A stretch of 63,548 bases of DNA, the filler included, from Octopus bimaculoides (Eukaryota), in assembly GCF_001194135.2 (NCBI RefSeq). It is 5 parts of 5 records of this genome, joined end to end, with 100 filler letters (N's around TTAATTAATTAA, not from the genome) between each part and the next. Parts side by side here need not be neighbours in the genome. Positions count along the whole stretch, not along the records: positions 40,819 to 55,021 come from NC_069004.1; positions 55,122 to 61,704 come from NW_026310629.1; positions 61,805 to 63,548 come from NC_068994.1; 2 more parts are not named here. One strand, written 5' to 3'. Shown in pieces: positions 51,518 through 62,979 of this stretch. The translations under genes and the position numbers were made by a program. Each line of letters starts with the position of its first letter. Positions within the stretch are counted from its first letter, which is position 1. The notes under the pieces were generated by a model. It was not told the origin of the DNA, made no database searches, and saw nothing but the letters and a program-made list of their open reading frames with translations.

Positions 51518-52369
51518 ATATATATAAAAATTCTATCTGTGAGAGAAATAATATAAACCTGTTCTGTCTATACTTCTGATGTTCGAGAAAAATAGGTGGA
51601 GAATCTCCTGACAGTTGTGGTTTGCTGGAAGCTCTCACAGAAGATGTACCTTGTTTCCTTCCCCATTCACTAACATGGACCATTCAACACACACACACAT
51701 ACGTACATATAAAACCATCAGAAATCAGGCTATTGTGGTGAGCAGCTTAATTTGCATATCTATACTTTTGGTAGCTCGTCATTAAGCAAAATGATTAAGC
51801 ATTGATTAAGTATCATTAATTAACTAATAGACATTTTACATACAACACAGTTGTACATCAAATAAGTTGATCTGTATCATAGTAATTGTCTTCGGTAGCA
51901 GTTTTCACTATTTCTGGTTTAGTTTCGTATTGAAAATCTTTATAAAATATTTGTCTTTTGTGTGTCATAGTTAATCATTTTCTGCTTTTATTTTGCAAAA
52001 GAAAAGTTTTAAAATGAAGAGCTTGGATTTCCCATTTATACAAATATCTAGATATTAATTACATGGAACATTCATAAAAGATGGATCCTTGAATTCTTGT
52101 TTATGTACCCTGACTTGGTCCATGTTCCTATTTGGCCAATATTGTTCTCATTCCATGTAGACATGTAATATACTAAATACAGTAAACTACTACTGGAAAC
52201 AATATCAACAACAAGGATTATCTTATAATATATTCACTGGAAAACAGTGAAAGCACTTACACAAAATCTTCCACCATTAAGTTTGTGGTAATTTTCTTTT
52301 AAAAGATTTTTTTCTGTAATAAATTATTTTTAATCTAAGAATTTTTCCGAATATGTGTTTATGTGTGTG

Positions 52370-52735
52370 TAATGTAATGTATATCTAATTATTTAATTTC
52401 TTCCTGCGAAGAAGGAGCTGGTTTCTAACAGACATAGAAAGCTCCATCTTTGGAATGTAGATAATGAAAACAATGTCACATTTTAAACCTGGCAAAAGTC
52501 TTACATAGTTTTCTGCTCTGCTTACAGTTTGTATTTGTAATGTGTGAATCAGTTGGTTGATTTCTTTTTCTGAAAATCCAAGACTGACAGTTAAGCATTT
52601 ACTTACAAAACCATGTTCTCCAATTTTTATTGGTATAAATATAAACTTGTAATTCAGATATAGAAGCTGGAGGCTTTGAAGCAGTTGTACCATACTTACC
52701 TTCTTTCTCTTTGATTTTCAATGAGATATTCACAT
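52370..52735 (-). mobile_element. RLE non-LTR retrotransposon 3' fragment (second lineage)
   Basis: NISLKIKEKEGKY/QLLQSLQLLYLNYKFIFIPIKIGEHGFVSKCL..LGFSEKEINQLIHTLQIQTVS; homologous to 60666-60842. Confidence 0.78.
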
Positions 52736-53424
52736 ATGTATGTATGCATGCTCGTATGTTTTATATATGTATGTATATATGTATGCATGGATATATGGAT
52801 GTATATGTTTGTCTTTGTAACTTGTCTTTACATGATAGTGGTATTTGATGAATGGTATTTGTTCACATTCCCATAACCTAACAATTCAGCAAAATAGAAA
52901 CGCCAGAAAGTTGTACCATGATTATAAGATGGAGAGTCAAGGCTACTCTTTACACTACTTCATACATGTAAAATTGAGTGCCCTACACTAGAGACTTACA
53001 GAACAAATGAAACACTAGATACAAATTTGAACTCATGATCTGTGAATTGACAACTGAGCACTTTATTCACTTAACTATATAACTAATCATCTGGTAATTT
53101 TTTTCTCTTTGAAGGCTCTGGTCATATGGCCTAATTATAAGGTAAGTTGTGGTTATATAGCATGCTTGTGTGGTAATATTGTGTTTATATTGCACATTTT
53201 ATGTTGTTATGCATCGTGGTTATATGGCTATAGTCTATTTTCTGGTTAAATGACTTGCTTATAAGCTATGTTGTGGTTATATAGCATGGTTATGTTGTAT
53301 ATCACAGTTATATAATGTAATTATGTTGTTCTGTACTGTGGTTGGTTCATTTTGTTATATTTTATGCTGTGTACTATGTCTATATAACATGATTGTACTG
53401 TATATTGTGGTTGCACTGTATATT

Positions 53425-53962
53425 GTGGTTTGGTTATAATGTATGCTGTGATTATAAGGTTTGGTTATAATGTATGCTGTGGTTATATGGTTTGGTTATA
53501 ATGTATGCTGTGGTTATATGGTTTAGTTATAATGTATGCTGTGGTTATATGGTTTGGTTATAATGTATGCTGTGGTTATATGGTTTGGTTATAANNNNNN
53601 NNNNATATGGTTTGGTTATAATGTATGCTGTGGTTATATGGTTTGGTTATAATGTATGCTGTGGTTATATGGTTTGGTTATAATGTATGCTGTGGTTATA
53701 TGGTTTGGTTATAATGTATGCTGTGGTTATATGGTTTGGTTTATAATGTATGCTGTGATTATATGGTTTGGTTATAATTTATGCTGTGGTTATATGGTTT
53801 GGTTATAATTTATGCTGTGGTTATATGGTTTGGTTATAATGTATGCTGTGATTATATGGTTTGGTTATAATGTATGCTGTGATTATATGGTGTGGTTATA
53901 ATGTATGTTGTGATTATACGGTGTGGTCATATAGTTTGGTTATAATGTATGCTGTGGTTATA
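53425..53962. repeat. 31-bp minisatellite TTGGTTATAATGTATGCTGTGGTTATATGGT, about 17 copies, with a gap inside
   Basis: Direct reading. Confidence 0.95.
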
Positions 53963-54887
53963 CCTGGCACTCTGTCAGTTATGATGGTGAGGGTTCCAGT
54001 CAATCCAATCAATGGAACAGCCTGCTCAAGAAATTAACATGCAAATGGCTGAGCACTCCACAGACTTAGGTACCCTTACCTTAGTCCTGTACAACTCATT
54101 TTCGCCAGCTCAGTGAACTGGAGCAACATAAAATAAAGTATCTTGCTCAAGGACACAACTCTTTCATCATTGAACTATGGCTGGAGGTTCTGCAATTTCT
54201 TGCTCAACAAATGATGCTTTGTTTGGAATGATCAGAAGCTTGTGTTCACATAAACTTACTCCCTCCATCAAATTGACATTGTCTGTATGGGTGCACATGT
54301 GTGCTACAGGTCACATGTCGAAATGATCACAGTGTAACATAAAATGGAGTGTTTTACTCAAAAACAAAATGCACCACCCAATCTGGAAATTGAAACCACA
54401 GTCTTGCATTTGTGAGTGTAACATCATAACCACTAGGCCACATGCATGCACTATATGAAATAATGAAGAATTTAATAAAATGAGTTAGTCATAATTCAGC
54501 TGAGATTTGGAACAAATTAGCATGGAAAATTTGATTTAAATTACTTTAAAATCACTTTTGGTCTCAGGTGAGTTGATATCCAAAGGGTTAAGGAAATTTG
54601 CTGCTGTTTCTAGTATGTTAATCAACCTAAAAGAAGTTAACTTGTGTAGATTTTATGTTATGTGCTTGGGTGAGGAACTTATCTCCAATTGCCTTGAAAC
54701 AAACGAACACTGACAAGAAAACAGCAATAGTTCATGTTGAATTAAAGAATTTTCGAAGTAGATCAAATGATACAGCATTAGTAACCTGGCAGGTGGCAAA
54801 ATAGGCGAGCTGAAGATTAGACTGAGAAACACAGGCAGTTTTGTTAAGTAAACCACATAAAACAAGATCTAATTAAGATATAGCCTC

Positions 54888-54930
<43 letters not shown>

Positions 54931-54943
54931 GTGTGTATATGTG

Positions 54944-54993
<50 letters not shown>

Positions 54994-55121
54994 TATATAT
55001 GTATATATATACACACACACANNNNNNNNNNNNNNNNNNNNNNNNNNNNNNNNNNNNNNNNNNNNTTAATTAATTAANNNNNNNNNNNNNNNNNNNNNNN
55101 NNNNNNNNNNNNNNNNNNNNN

Positions 55122-55293
55122 CAACTTTGAGTTCGCTCAATTGAAAGGCGTGGCCTCTGGGGCAAAATGCCTCATCTTTAAAATTTGGCCCGAGTTGACC
55201 CGAATGAAATAGGTTTATAATACCGAAACAAGTAAACCAATAAAAAGAAACTCTGCCATTTTAATCCGGAGCAAGGCCGAGTATCTCTGATAG
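55122..55293 (+). mobile_element. Non-autonomous Helitron-like element, copy 1 (3' part)
   Basis: Ends ccggagcaaggccgag...ATAG; shares about 90 bp identical with copy 2. Confidence 0.65.
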
Positions 55294-55532
55294 TCTACTA
55301 TATATTTGTAAAAAGGGCAGACGTTGTTTCACAAGCAGTTGTGCAGGCAAAAGTGTTAGTAAAAACGTGGTCGGATTGACCTGAAAATTTGCACACCTAT
55401 GTTAAAAGTGGTGGGGAGTTTGCATGGCAACTTTGAGTTCGCTCAATTGAAAGGCGTGGCCTCTGGGGCAAAATGCCTCATCTTTAAAATTTGGCCCGAG
55501 TTGACCCGAATGAAATCGAGTCATAATACTAG
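55294..55532 (+). mobile_element. Non-autonomous Helitron-like element, copy 2
   Basis: Starts TCtactatat, ends CTAG followed by T; internal deletion relative to copy 1. Confidence 0.7.
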
Positions 55533-55545
55533 TATATATACATAT

Positions 55546-55606
<61 letters not shown>

Positions 55607-55994
55607 CATATTTTTACGTATATATGTATATGTATATATATGTGTATATATATATATATATGTATCTATGTGTGTATACTCATATAATCCATATATAGAT
55701 CCATTTAAATGCACCGAATTATATTACGTGTGTCTTCGAGTGTGTATGTGATTTCGGGTGTGTGTATGTGTGTGTGTGTGTGTGTATGCCATTAGATGTG
55801 TACATGCGTTGATGCGCTTATGGAATGTTATCTTCTCCCAACCGCCGCATCCCACCGCGACCACCACTACCAATAACAGAAGCGGCAGTTCTACCACCAG
55901 CCAAAATCCAATAATTAACCACTTCTATTATTTCCAACTGTTTTACACTCTCTCCCAGAACATTCCACAAGCTTCCATTCCGTTCGCGTTTACT

Positions 55995-56290
55995 TCTCTC
56001 GCTCTCTCTCCCACCCCGACCCTTCCCTACTCTCTCTCTCTCTCTCTCCCTCTCTTTCTCTCTCTCACTTCCTGTTTCTCTCTCTCCCGCGTCTTTCTCT
56101 CCCTACCCCTCTATCTCTCTCCACTCACTTTCTCGTTCCCCCCCCTCTCTCTCGTCTTTTGGGTCTTTCTCTCCCTCTCCTTTTCCTCCCTCTCTCATTC
56201 TCCCCTTCTCTCTCTCTCTCTCTCTCTCTCTTTTCTCTTCTCTTTCTCCCTCTCCCTCTCTCCTACCGTCTTCACTCGCTCTTTCTCACT
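55995..56290. repeat. About 300-bp polypyrimidine (CT-rich) tract
   Basis: Direct reading. Confidence 0.9.
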
Positions 56291-56340
56291 TTGCTGGGCG
56301 TCCTATAAATTGACCTTTTCATACTTTTCTCCTCGCTTGA

Positions 56341-56463
56341 ATAACAACAACAACAACAATAACAATAACAACAACAACAATAATAATAATAATGATGATG
56401 ATGCTGCTGATGCTGAGGAGGATGATAATGATAGCGGCAAAAACAACAACACCAATAATGAGG

Positions 56464-56548
<85 letters not shown>

Positions 56549-56594
56549 TAACAATAATAATAGTAATAAAAATAACAATAATAATAGTAATAAA

Positions 56595-56677
<83 letters not shown>

Positions 56678-56778
56678 TAACAATAATAATAGTAATAAAA
56701 ATAATAATAATAATAATAGTAATAATAATAATAATAATAACAATAACAATAATAATAGTAATAATAATAATAATAATG

Positions 56779-56809
<31 letters not shown>

Positions 56810-56905
56810 TAGTAATGGTGGTAGTAGTGGTAATAACAAGAAAAGCAATAGGAAATCGATAAACCGTTTCTCCTTCACCTACTGCTGCTACTACTACTAC
56901 TACCT

Positions 56906-56940
<35 letters not shown>

Positions 56941-57310
56941 GCTGCTGTCACTACTCCTACTACCACCACCACCACCACCACCACCACCACTACTACTACT
57001 ACTGATAGTAATAATAATGATGCTGATGATGATGTTGGTAATTAAGAAAATGACGTTGTTGATGATGATGATGATGATGATGATAATGGCGGTGATGATG
57101 GTGGTGGTAGTGGTGGTGGTGGTGGTGGTGGTGACAGGGATGATGATGATGATGATGATGATGGCGATTATGATGATGATGATGATGATAATGATGATGA
57201 CGATGATGATAGCGATTATGATGATGATGATGATGCTAAAAGTAAAGATAATGTCAACAATCCGAACAAAAAGAAAACAACAAAAACAAAAACAACAACA
57301 ACAACACCAA
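56341..57310. repeat. About 1-kb compound trinucleotide array (AAT/AAC, TAC/CAC, GAT/GGT)
   Basis: Direct reading. Confidence 0.95.
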
Positions 57311-57629
57311 CGCTATCTGTTCTAGATTAGTCACGAACCACGCAACTAAATATAGAAGACCGCCTGGAATACAGCGCCACACTATTCTTCTTGCAGTATC
57401 TGAAAAGATGGCGACTCGAATTTCCTGCTATTTTACCCGTCAAAGAAATATCGGGTAGTAACATCGTACTCGATAAATCCATTCATCTCAAAATTATAAA
57501 CCACACTAGATTAGCTTATTGGATTTGCAATACTGCGCTAACCAATTTGGTTTAGAATATAATGGGTAACCCACGTTTGTAGAATTGACGAATTCGATAC
57601 AGTAGAATCTATTTCTTCTTCGTTCTGTT

Positions 57630-57723
57630 ACGCACTGGGGCCAATCTAATCGACTTAATCCCTTTGTCTGTCCTTGTTTGTCCTCTCTATGTTTAGCCCT
57701 CTGTGGGCAATAAAAATGAATAA
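57630..57723 (+). mobile_element. 5'-truncated SINE A (alternative tail) with a 29-bp TSD
   Basis: AGTAGAATCTATTTCTTCTTCGTTCTGTT at 57601-57629 and 57724-57752. Confidence 0.88.
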
Positions 57724-57752
57724 AGTAGAATCTATTTCTTCTTCGTTCTGTT

Positions 57753-58110
57753 GGTGCCTTTGAGCGGCACACTGAGCAGTGAGCGATCGCCACTTATGTC
57801 CATGTCTGGCCAACCGGTATGCTTTCTCCCAGGTGATGTTCAGTCTCCCTTGGTCTTCTTTGAAGGCCGTGTCTTGCTTGCCCGGCTATTTTTTCTTTGA
57901 CCTTCCAGAGGCATCCAGTCCATGGCTGTTTTGGCAAACCATTCCTCAGGTCGTCTTAGTATGTGTCCAGCCATTCTCATTCATCGTTCGGTTACAATTA
58001 CACGCAGAGGCCTTACTCTTGCTGTTTGGAGAATAGCTTCATTTGTCACTCTGTCTCAATACATCATTACTAAGAAGTCTAGCAGAAAAGTGCTTCTGAC
58101 AGGACTGTAT
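57753..58110 (-). mobile_element. RTE-clade LINE 3' ORF fragment
   Basis: VTNEAILQTARVRPL...MAGHILRRPEEWFAKTAMDWMPLEGQR...KWRSLTAQC. Confidence 0.8.
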
Positions 58111-58124
58111 GTGGGTAGTGCCTG

Positions 58125-58885
58125 GGGACTCTGTCGGCACAACTCTTCCGGGAATTGTTGGTGGAGAAAATAGAGAGATAGATATATTCATGGGGGAGTA
58201 AACAAATGGATGCATGATTGGGTGCACACATGCACGGTTGGGCGAGTGCATTCGTGCATGCTATCCGCATTGAGGAGTCACAGATCCTATACTATGAACG
58301 TGTGATAAGAATGTCACAGGAAATAATCCCAATACGGATTCTTGCATCAGAGCCAACTGGCAGGATACCCAGGGGTAGATCAAGAATGGGGTGGGTGGAT
58401 AATATCCATAATCTCGGGCTGTCTCTTAAGGATGAATCTGAACTTCTTTTGTACTGAGAGATCACAGCTCTGGTTTCTACAGACATGTGATTGGAATGCC
58501 ACAAGAAAGAATCGCAACGGACAGGAGACCCAAGGGTAGACCAAGAATGAGGTGGGTGGATACTATCCATGGTCTCAGGTCGAACCGCTACTTCTCTGCA
58601 TTGAGAGTTTACAGCTCTCGTACTATGAACATTCGAATAGAAAGTTGCAGGAAAGAATCGCCAGATGGCATTTTCAAGCCGAGGCAACTGAGAGCAGACC
58701 CAGGAGTAGACCAAAAATGAGATGGTTGGACAATATCTACAATCTCAGATGGGCACGCTTGGGAATTCAGCTGGAAAGTGTAATGAAAGTTGCTTCTGAT
58801 AGGACCCTACGGAGGTGCCAGAGGAGTCTGCCTCCACGAACCTTCTGGGAATAGTTTGTGGAAAAGATGGATAGGGAGTATGATG
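58125..58885 (+). mobile_element. Tandem RTE/Expander(Rex3)-like LINE 3' modules
   Basis: Three repeats of LLL.IE.SQL.YY.H..RM.QE...RPRGRPRMRW.D.I; the last continues to VASDRTL..SLPPR. Confidence 0.8.
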
Positions 58886-59448
58886 GAGCGCCCGTCTCTG
58901 AAGCAGTCATTTTTTTTTATTATGGCTAAAATTATTATTCGGGTTGTACAGTGATGATGGTTTAACTGTGTCACACAACATGAATGATAACGGTTTTGAT
59001 AAGCTTTAAAGGAACCTAATAGACGTAGAGTAAAATCTAGTGATTACATCAATCTAAAAACAGCTTTAGTTTTCTAGATTCCATCATACATCTGATCGTA
59101 GAAAGCAGTAACCTCGTAGAAACTCAAGCAAAGATACTATGTACACAGAGAAAATTACAAATCACCCACGAGCCATTATAGAAAATAAGATGCAGGAAAA
59201 ATTGAAGAATGTGAACGAACGTATTCGACTTTAGCGATGTTAATTTTCCCCGTTTTGCACTTCTAAAAAATTGCTTTAACGAATGAAATATTTAGAACTA
59301 ATATCTCTAATAAAACACCGAAGTATAAATTGCATAGTAGTACAGGGTTCACCTCACTTAAGAACATAAATGAAATAACGAACATAGCTAGAGCATTCTT
59401 GTCAGTATTTGATAATAAAACGTAGCCAAGCCCACTTCTTCGACTCAC

Positions 59449-59700
59449 CTCTCAACACTCAAATTGTAATCGAAAGCTTGCCCAGGAATTTCCACTAAAC
59501 GGCTTAGATGTTTGTAAAGCGGCGATATACAGAGCTTCTGTAAACGTCTGACGCTGTTATCCAGAGAAACTATACTTGACTCACGGAGCACATATTTAAA
59601 AGCAGAGTGCATCCACACACATACTCTTTCCCGAAAGAGTCAACGCCATGTCTCTTTATAGAACATCTGAAACTGACAGTCATTTATGACACTGTATTTG
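59449..59700 (-). promoter_or_regulatory. Candidate promoter and first exon
   Basis: TATAAA (59660-59655), ATG at 59612 open to donor GAG|GTGAGT at 59449/59448, AP-1 TGAGTCA (59583-59577), no repeat similarity seen. Confidence 0.3.
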
Positions 59701-60665
59701 TATCGCCATTCCAGGAACCTAAACTGTAAAATAAAATCCATTTTTTGTTCTGTTTTTGAGAGCCTCGACATCTCAAATTTCCTAGGCAAATCTGTTGTGA
59801 CGTTGCTCAGGGCACCTTTGATAATGGAAACAAATGAAAATTTATGGCATGGATATAAGAGCTGTAAGTTTATTGTCAGCTCCCCATAGATGTTCTCCTT
59901 TTCCTTAATTCATAGAGACATTTACATCCACTGAGAAACTAGGAAACGGATCTCAGCTATGATACACAGTTCTTTTATTCCTTTTGCAAAGTATAATAAT
60001 AATGTCATTCTTTCTACTCAAAGACTGTGGTTAGGTCTGGGAGAGGAAGTTAATTTCCTTAGATAGTCATAAAGGACGTTCTTCTATTCCATATCGCTGT
60101 AGAGGATGAAGAATCCAGCAGGCTCCGAACTACAGGGATATTTTTAATTCCGATGTTTTGCAGTTTAAAATGTTCTGTGAAGGGAGACAGCGTTGGTTCT
60201 TTCTTGGAAAATTATGGGTTCTGATGGAATTAGACTTATTATGTGTGTGTGTGTGTGTGTGTGTGTGCTATTTGTAATGGTTCGGTTTGTATCTATGAAA
60301 ATTGCAGTCGGGAACGATATGACTGACTAATCGCCAAACTTGCTCAACCGTCGCTTCTGAGAGGATGTGACCTGGTAGTTTGTATCTTGTTTTCGCTAAT
60401 TAATTTAGGTGGTGCTGTGTTGTGCCTGTGTAGTACCAGGCAGGCATTGCGTCCCGACCACATCGTTTCGGGTTCCGTTCCACAGTGTGGGAACTGGGAC
60501 GTAACTTGCAACTATATCTCTGGTCATAGTAGACGGAAACTGGAGGAAGTTCGTCACTCATACATACATACATACATACATACATACATACATGCACTTA
60601 TTCATCAATATATACATACACACACGCGTACATACACACGTGCATGCATGCATACATACAAGTAC

Positions 60666-61085
60666 ATGTTTATACCTGTAATTATTGGAGCCCAAAGATA
60701 TGTAACACACTGTCTAAATACCAATCTTGAGAAATTAGGCTTCTTAAAACCAGAAAGGAGAAAGCTGATTCGAAGACTACAGATCCAAACCATTACAAGA
60801 ACTGTAAAAATCTGTAAAACTCTCCAGAAGTTTATCATTTAAATATATATATATATTAACATGTCTAGATATGCAAATATATGCATGAGAATATATATTT
60901 AAGACAAATCATACAAATCTTCAAATACACATACATACATACATACATATATACATACATATAAACATACATACATACATACAAAAATACCCTATTGTTG
61001 ACGTTGAAATTCCAATGAAGGAGCCTTGGATCTAGGTTAGAAACCGGTTCTTTCTCTATTGGCAAGAAATCTTGAAATAAACAAC
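60666..61085 (+). mobile_element. RLE non-LTR retrotransposon 3' fragment (second lineage) within (CATA)n
   Basis: FIPVIIGAQRYVTHCLNTNLEKLGFLKPERRKLIRRLQIQTITRTVKICKTLQKFII*; the 3' limit is uncertain. Confidence 0.8.
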
Positions 61086-61289
61086 AAAAACATACATACA
61101 TTACATATATATATGTGTGTATGTGTGTGTGTGTATACACACACAGTCTGCAACATTCACCCTTGATTTAATGAAATATCAAGGCTGTGAACGCCGATGA
61201 GAGAGAGAGAGAGAGAGAGAAGATGGAGGAAGAGAGAAAGTAAAATACGAGAAGGAAAGGACAGAGAAAGGGATTGAACCAGTGGTCGA

Positions 61290-61430
61290 CTGTTTAACTC
61301 ATTTCCAGGTGAGCAAACAGGAGAAAAGTGAAATAAAGTGACACGCTGAAGGACACAACGCACTACCCTGTCGAGGAATCGAACCCACGATCTTACGACC
61401 TTCAGAGCAACACCCTAATCACTGAGCCAG
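61290..61430 (-). mobile_element. SINE family D 5' part
   Basis: tRNA-like head ggctcagtgattagggtg...gggttcgattcc. Confidence 0.7.
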
Positions 61431-61804
61431 ACACGTCTTCACGATTGGTCAGCCATGAGGAATTAGTGATTGCAAAATACTCGTTAGTGAAACAGCAATA
61501 AATTATCTGAAGACGTTAATGGAGGGATTTCCGTAACGTGAGGAAATTATGAAATGTGTGAGTTAATGACAAATAAAGTGAAATCGTTCATTAAAAGCTG
61601 AGCTTGTAATTAACGATTTTATGGCTGCCCTTATTGTTGTTATTGTTGTTGTTGCTGGAATTTTAACATGTGGTAAAGTTAGATTATATTAGAATAATGT
61701 TAGTNNNNNNNNNNNNNNNNNNNNNNNNNNNNNNNNNNNNNNNNNNNNTTAATTAATTAANNNNNNNNNNNNNNNNNNNNNNNNNNNNNNNNNNNNNNNN
61801 NNNN

Positions 61805-62375
61805 AAAGAGAGCAATGGTAAGGTTGGAGAAGTATTTTATGGATAGTCTTACAGCTGTTTCTGGGAAGATCCAGTACTTCCCTTCATCGGAGACAGAAAA
61901 AATAAAGTAATCTATTATTATATCCATAGGCGGGTATTTTTAGTATGAAGTGGTAAAGAATGTGATGCGCTGAAAAAAGAGAGAACAGTACTTGAAGTGT
62001 AGTTTCATTCCAGTAGTAAATATCCGTGTAGAAATCCGTGTAAAGTAATCCTTGTGGAGATAATCCGGAAATAGATGTTGGAGTGAAGGCTAGTACAGCA
62101 TAGATAGCAGAGGTGATATATGCCATACTGCGATAGATTTTTGCTTGTTTACTTGAAGAATGGCCAAAGTCAAGTGAAAAATGAGTGGTAATTAGGTCAA
62201 GTCATGAAGACAGAATGTGAAAGGGGATAGAGGAGAGATAGAGGTTGAGGATGGTAGCGGTACAGGATAGAGGGGGATGAGCATATAGAGAGAAGGAGGA
62301 ATGGGGGGATGAGGTTAAAAGGTCTAGTGAGTAGGAAGGAATGTGGGTTTGGTTAAATCCAATACCCTCCTCAAC
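61805..62375 (-). mobile_element. Penelope-like pLTR or retrozyme-like repeat
   Basis: Carries a hammerhead motif near its 3' end; its 5' terminus is shared with 1539-1569 and lies next to (TA)n. Confidence 0.55.
61846..61894 (-). ncRNA. Minimal type-I hammerhead ribozyme motif (U4C variant)
   Basis: GTCT-CCGATGA-a-GGGAAG-tactggat-CTTCCC-a-GAA-AC-agct-GT-A-AGAC. Confidence 0.75.
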
Positions 62376-62414
62376 CTTATATATATATATATATATGAAT
62401 ATATATTTGATAGG

Positions 62415-62553
62415 CTTTTTGTTCACGTCTCCCAAATCCACTCATGAGGCTTTAATCGACCCCAGGAAATTCTAAAATATGTTTGCCCAAGGTGCCACGC
62501 TGTAGGACTGGACCCAAAACCATGTGGTCGGGAAGTAAACAGCCACACCTGTG
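62415..62553 (-). mobile_element. SINE family B head
   Basis: ggcacaggtgtggctg...gggtccagtcc...ggcaccttgggcaa. Confidence 0.7.
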
Positions 62554-62979
62554 CCTATTGTGTATATCATCTTAATGTTTATCAAATTACATGGAATATT
62601 GGTTTTACCATTTGATATTTTGCAGTTAAATCATACACGTTGTACGTTGTTAGGATGTAACAGTTTGATCTTCTCTTGGAACATTGAGAAAACATTGACA
62701 GCGAGAAGGGTCAAATTGTTGCTACTAATCGACCAAATGCTATTACATACATCAAATATTGACTGCTTTAAATATTTACTTTTAACTTGTTGCCAACGTT
62801 TGCTTGAATTTCCTAAGAGATACATATTTAAGTCTTCTTTTAAGGAAATACACTCGTTGATCTCTGGCAAACAGATGGCTCTTTTTTCTTTTCCATTTTA
62901 ACCGGCTGTTGTTGTATCCTACAAATATTGAGCCTAACAAAAGTATTACAATTCTATATATATTTTATTAAATAATTTC

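Noticed and set aside
52385-52700. 102-aa ORF with an upstream AAG|GTAAGT as a host gene or exon
   Set aside because: Homologous to the retrotransposon C-terminus at 60666-60842; the donor-like motif is inside the element (KEKEGKY).
53425-53962. 31-bp repeats as a CRISPR array
   Set aside because: Contiguous tandem units with no unique spacers, in eukaryotic context with no cas genes.
55758-57005. 415-aa poly-Asn ORF as a prion-like protein
   Set aside because: Built from CT and AAT/TAC simple repeats, starts at GTG in a (GT)n run, and overlapping frames are equally open.
60091-60140. ATATCGCTGTAG/CTACAGGGATAT hairpin enclosing GATGAAG...CGAA
   Set aside because: Topology and core do not fit any hammerhead type; an isolated 12-bp hairpin only.
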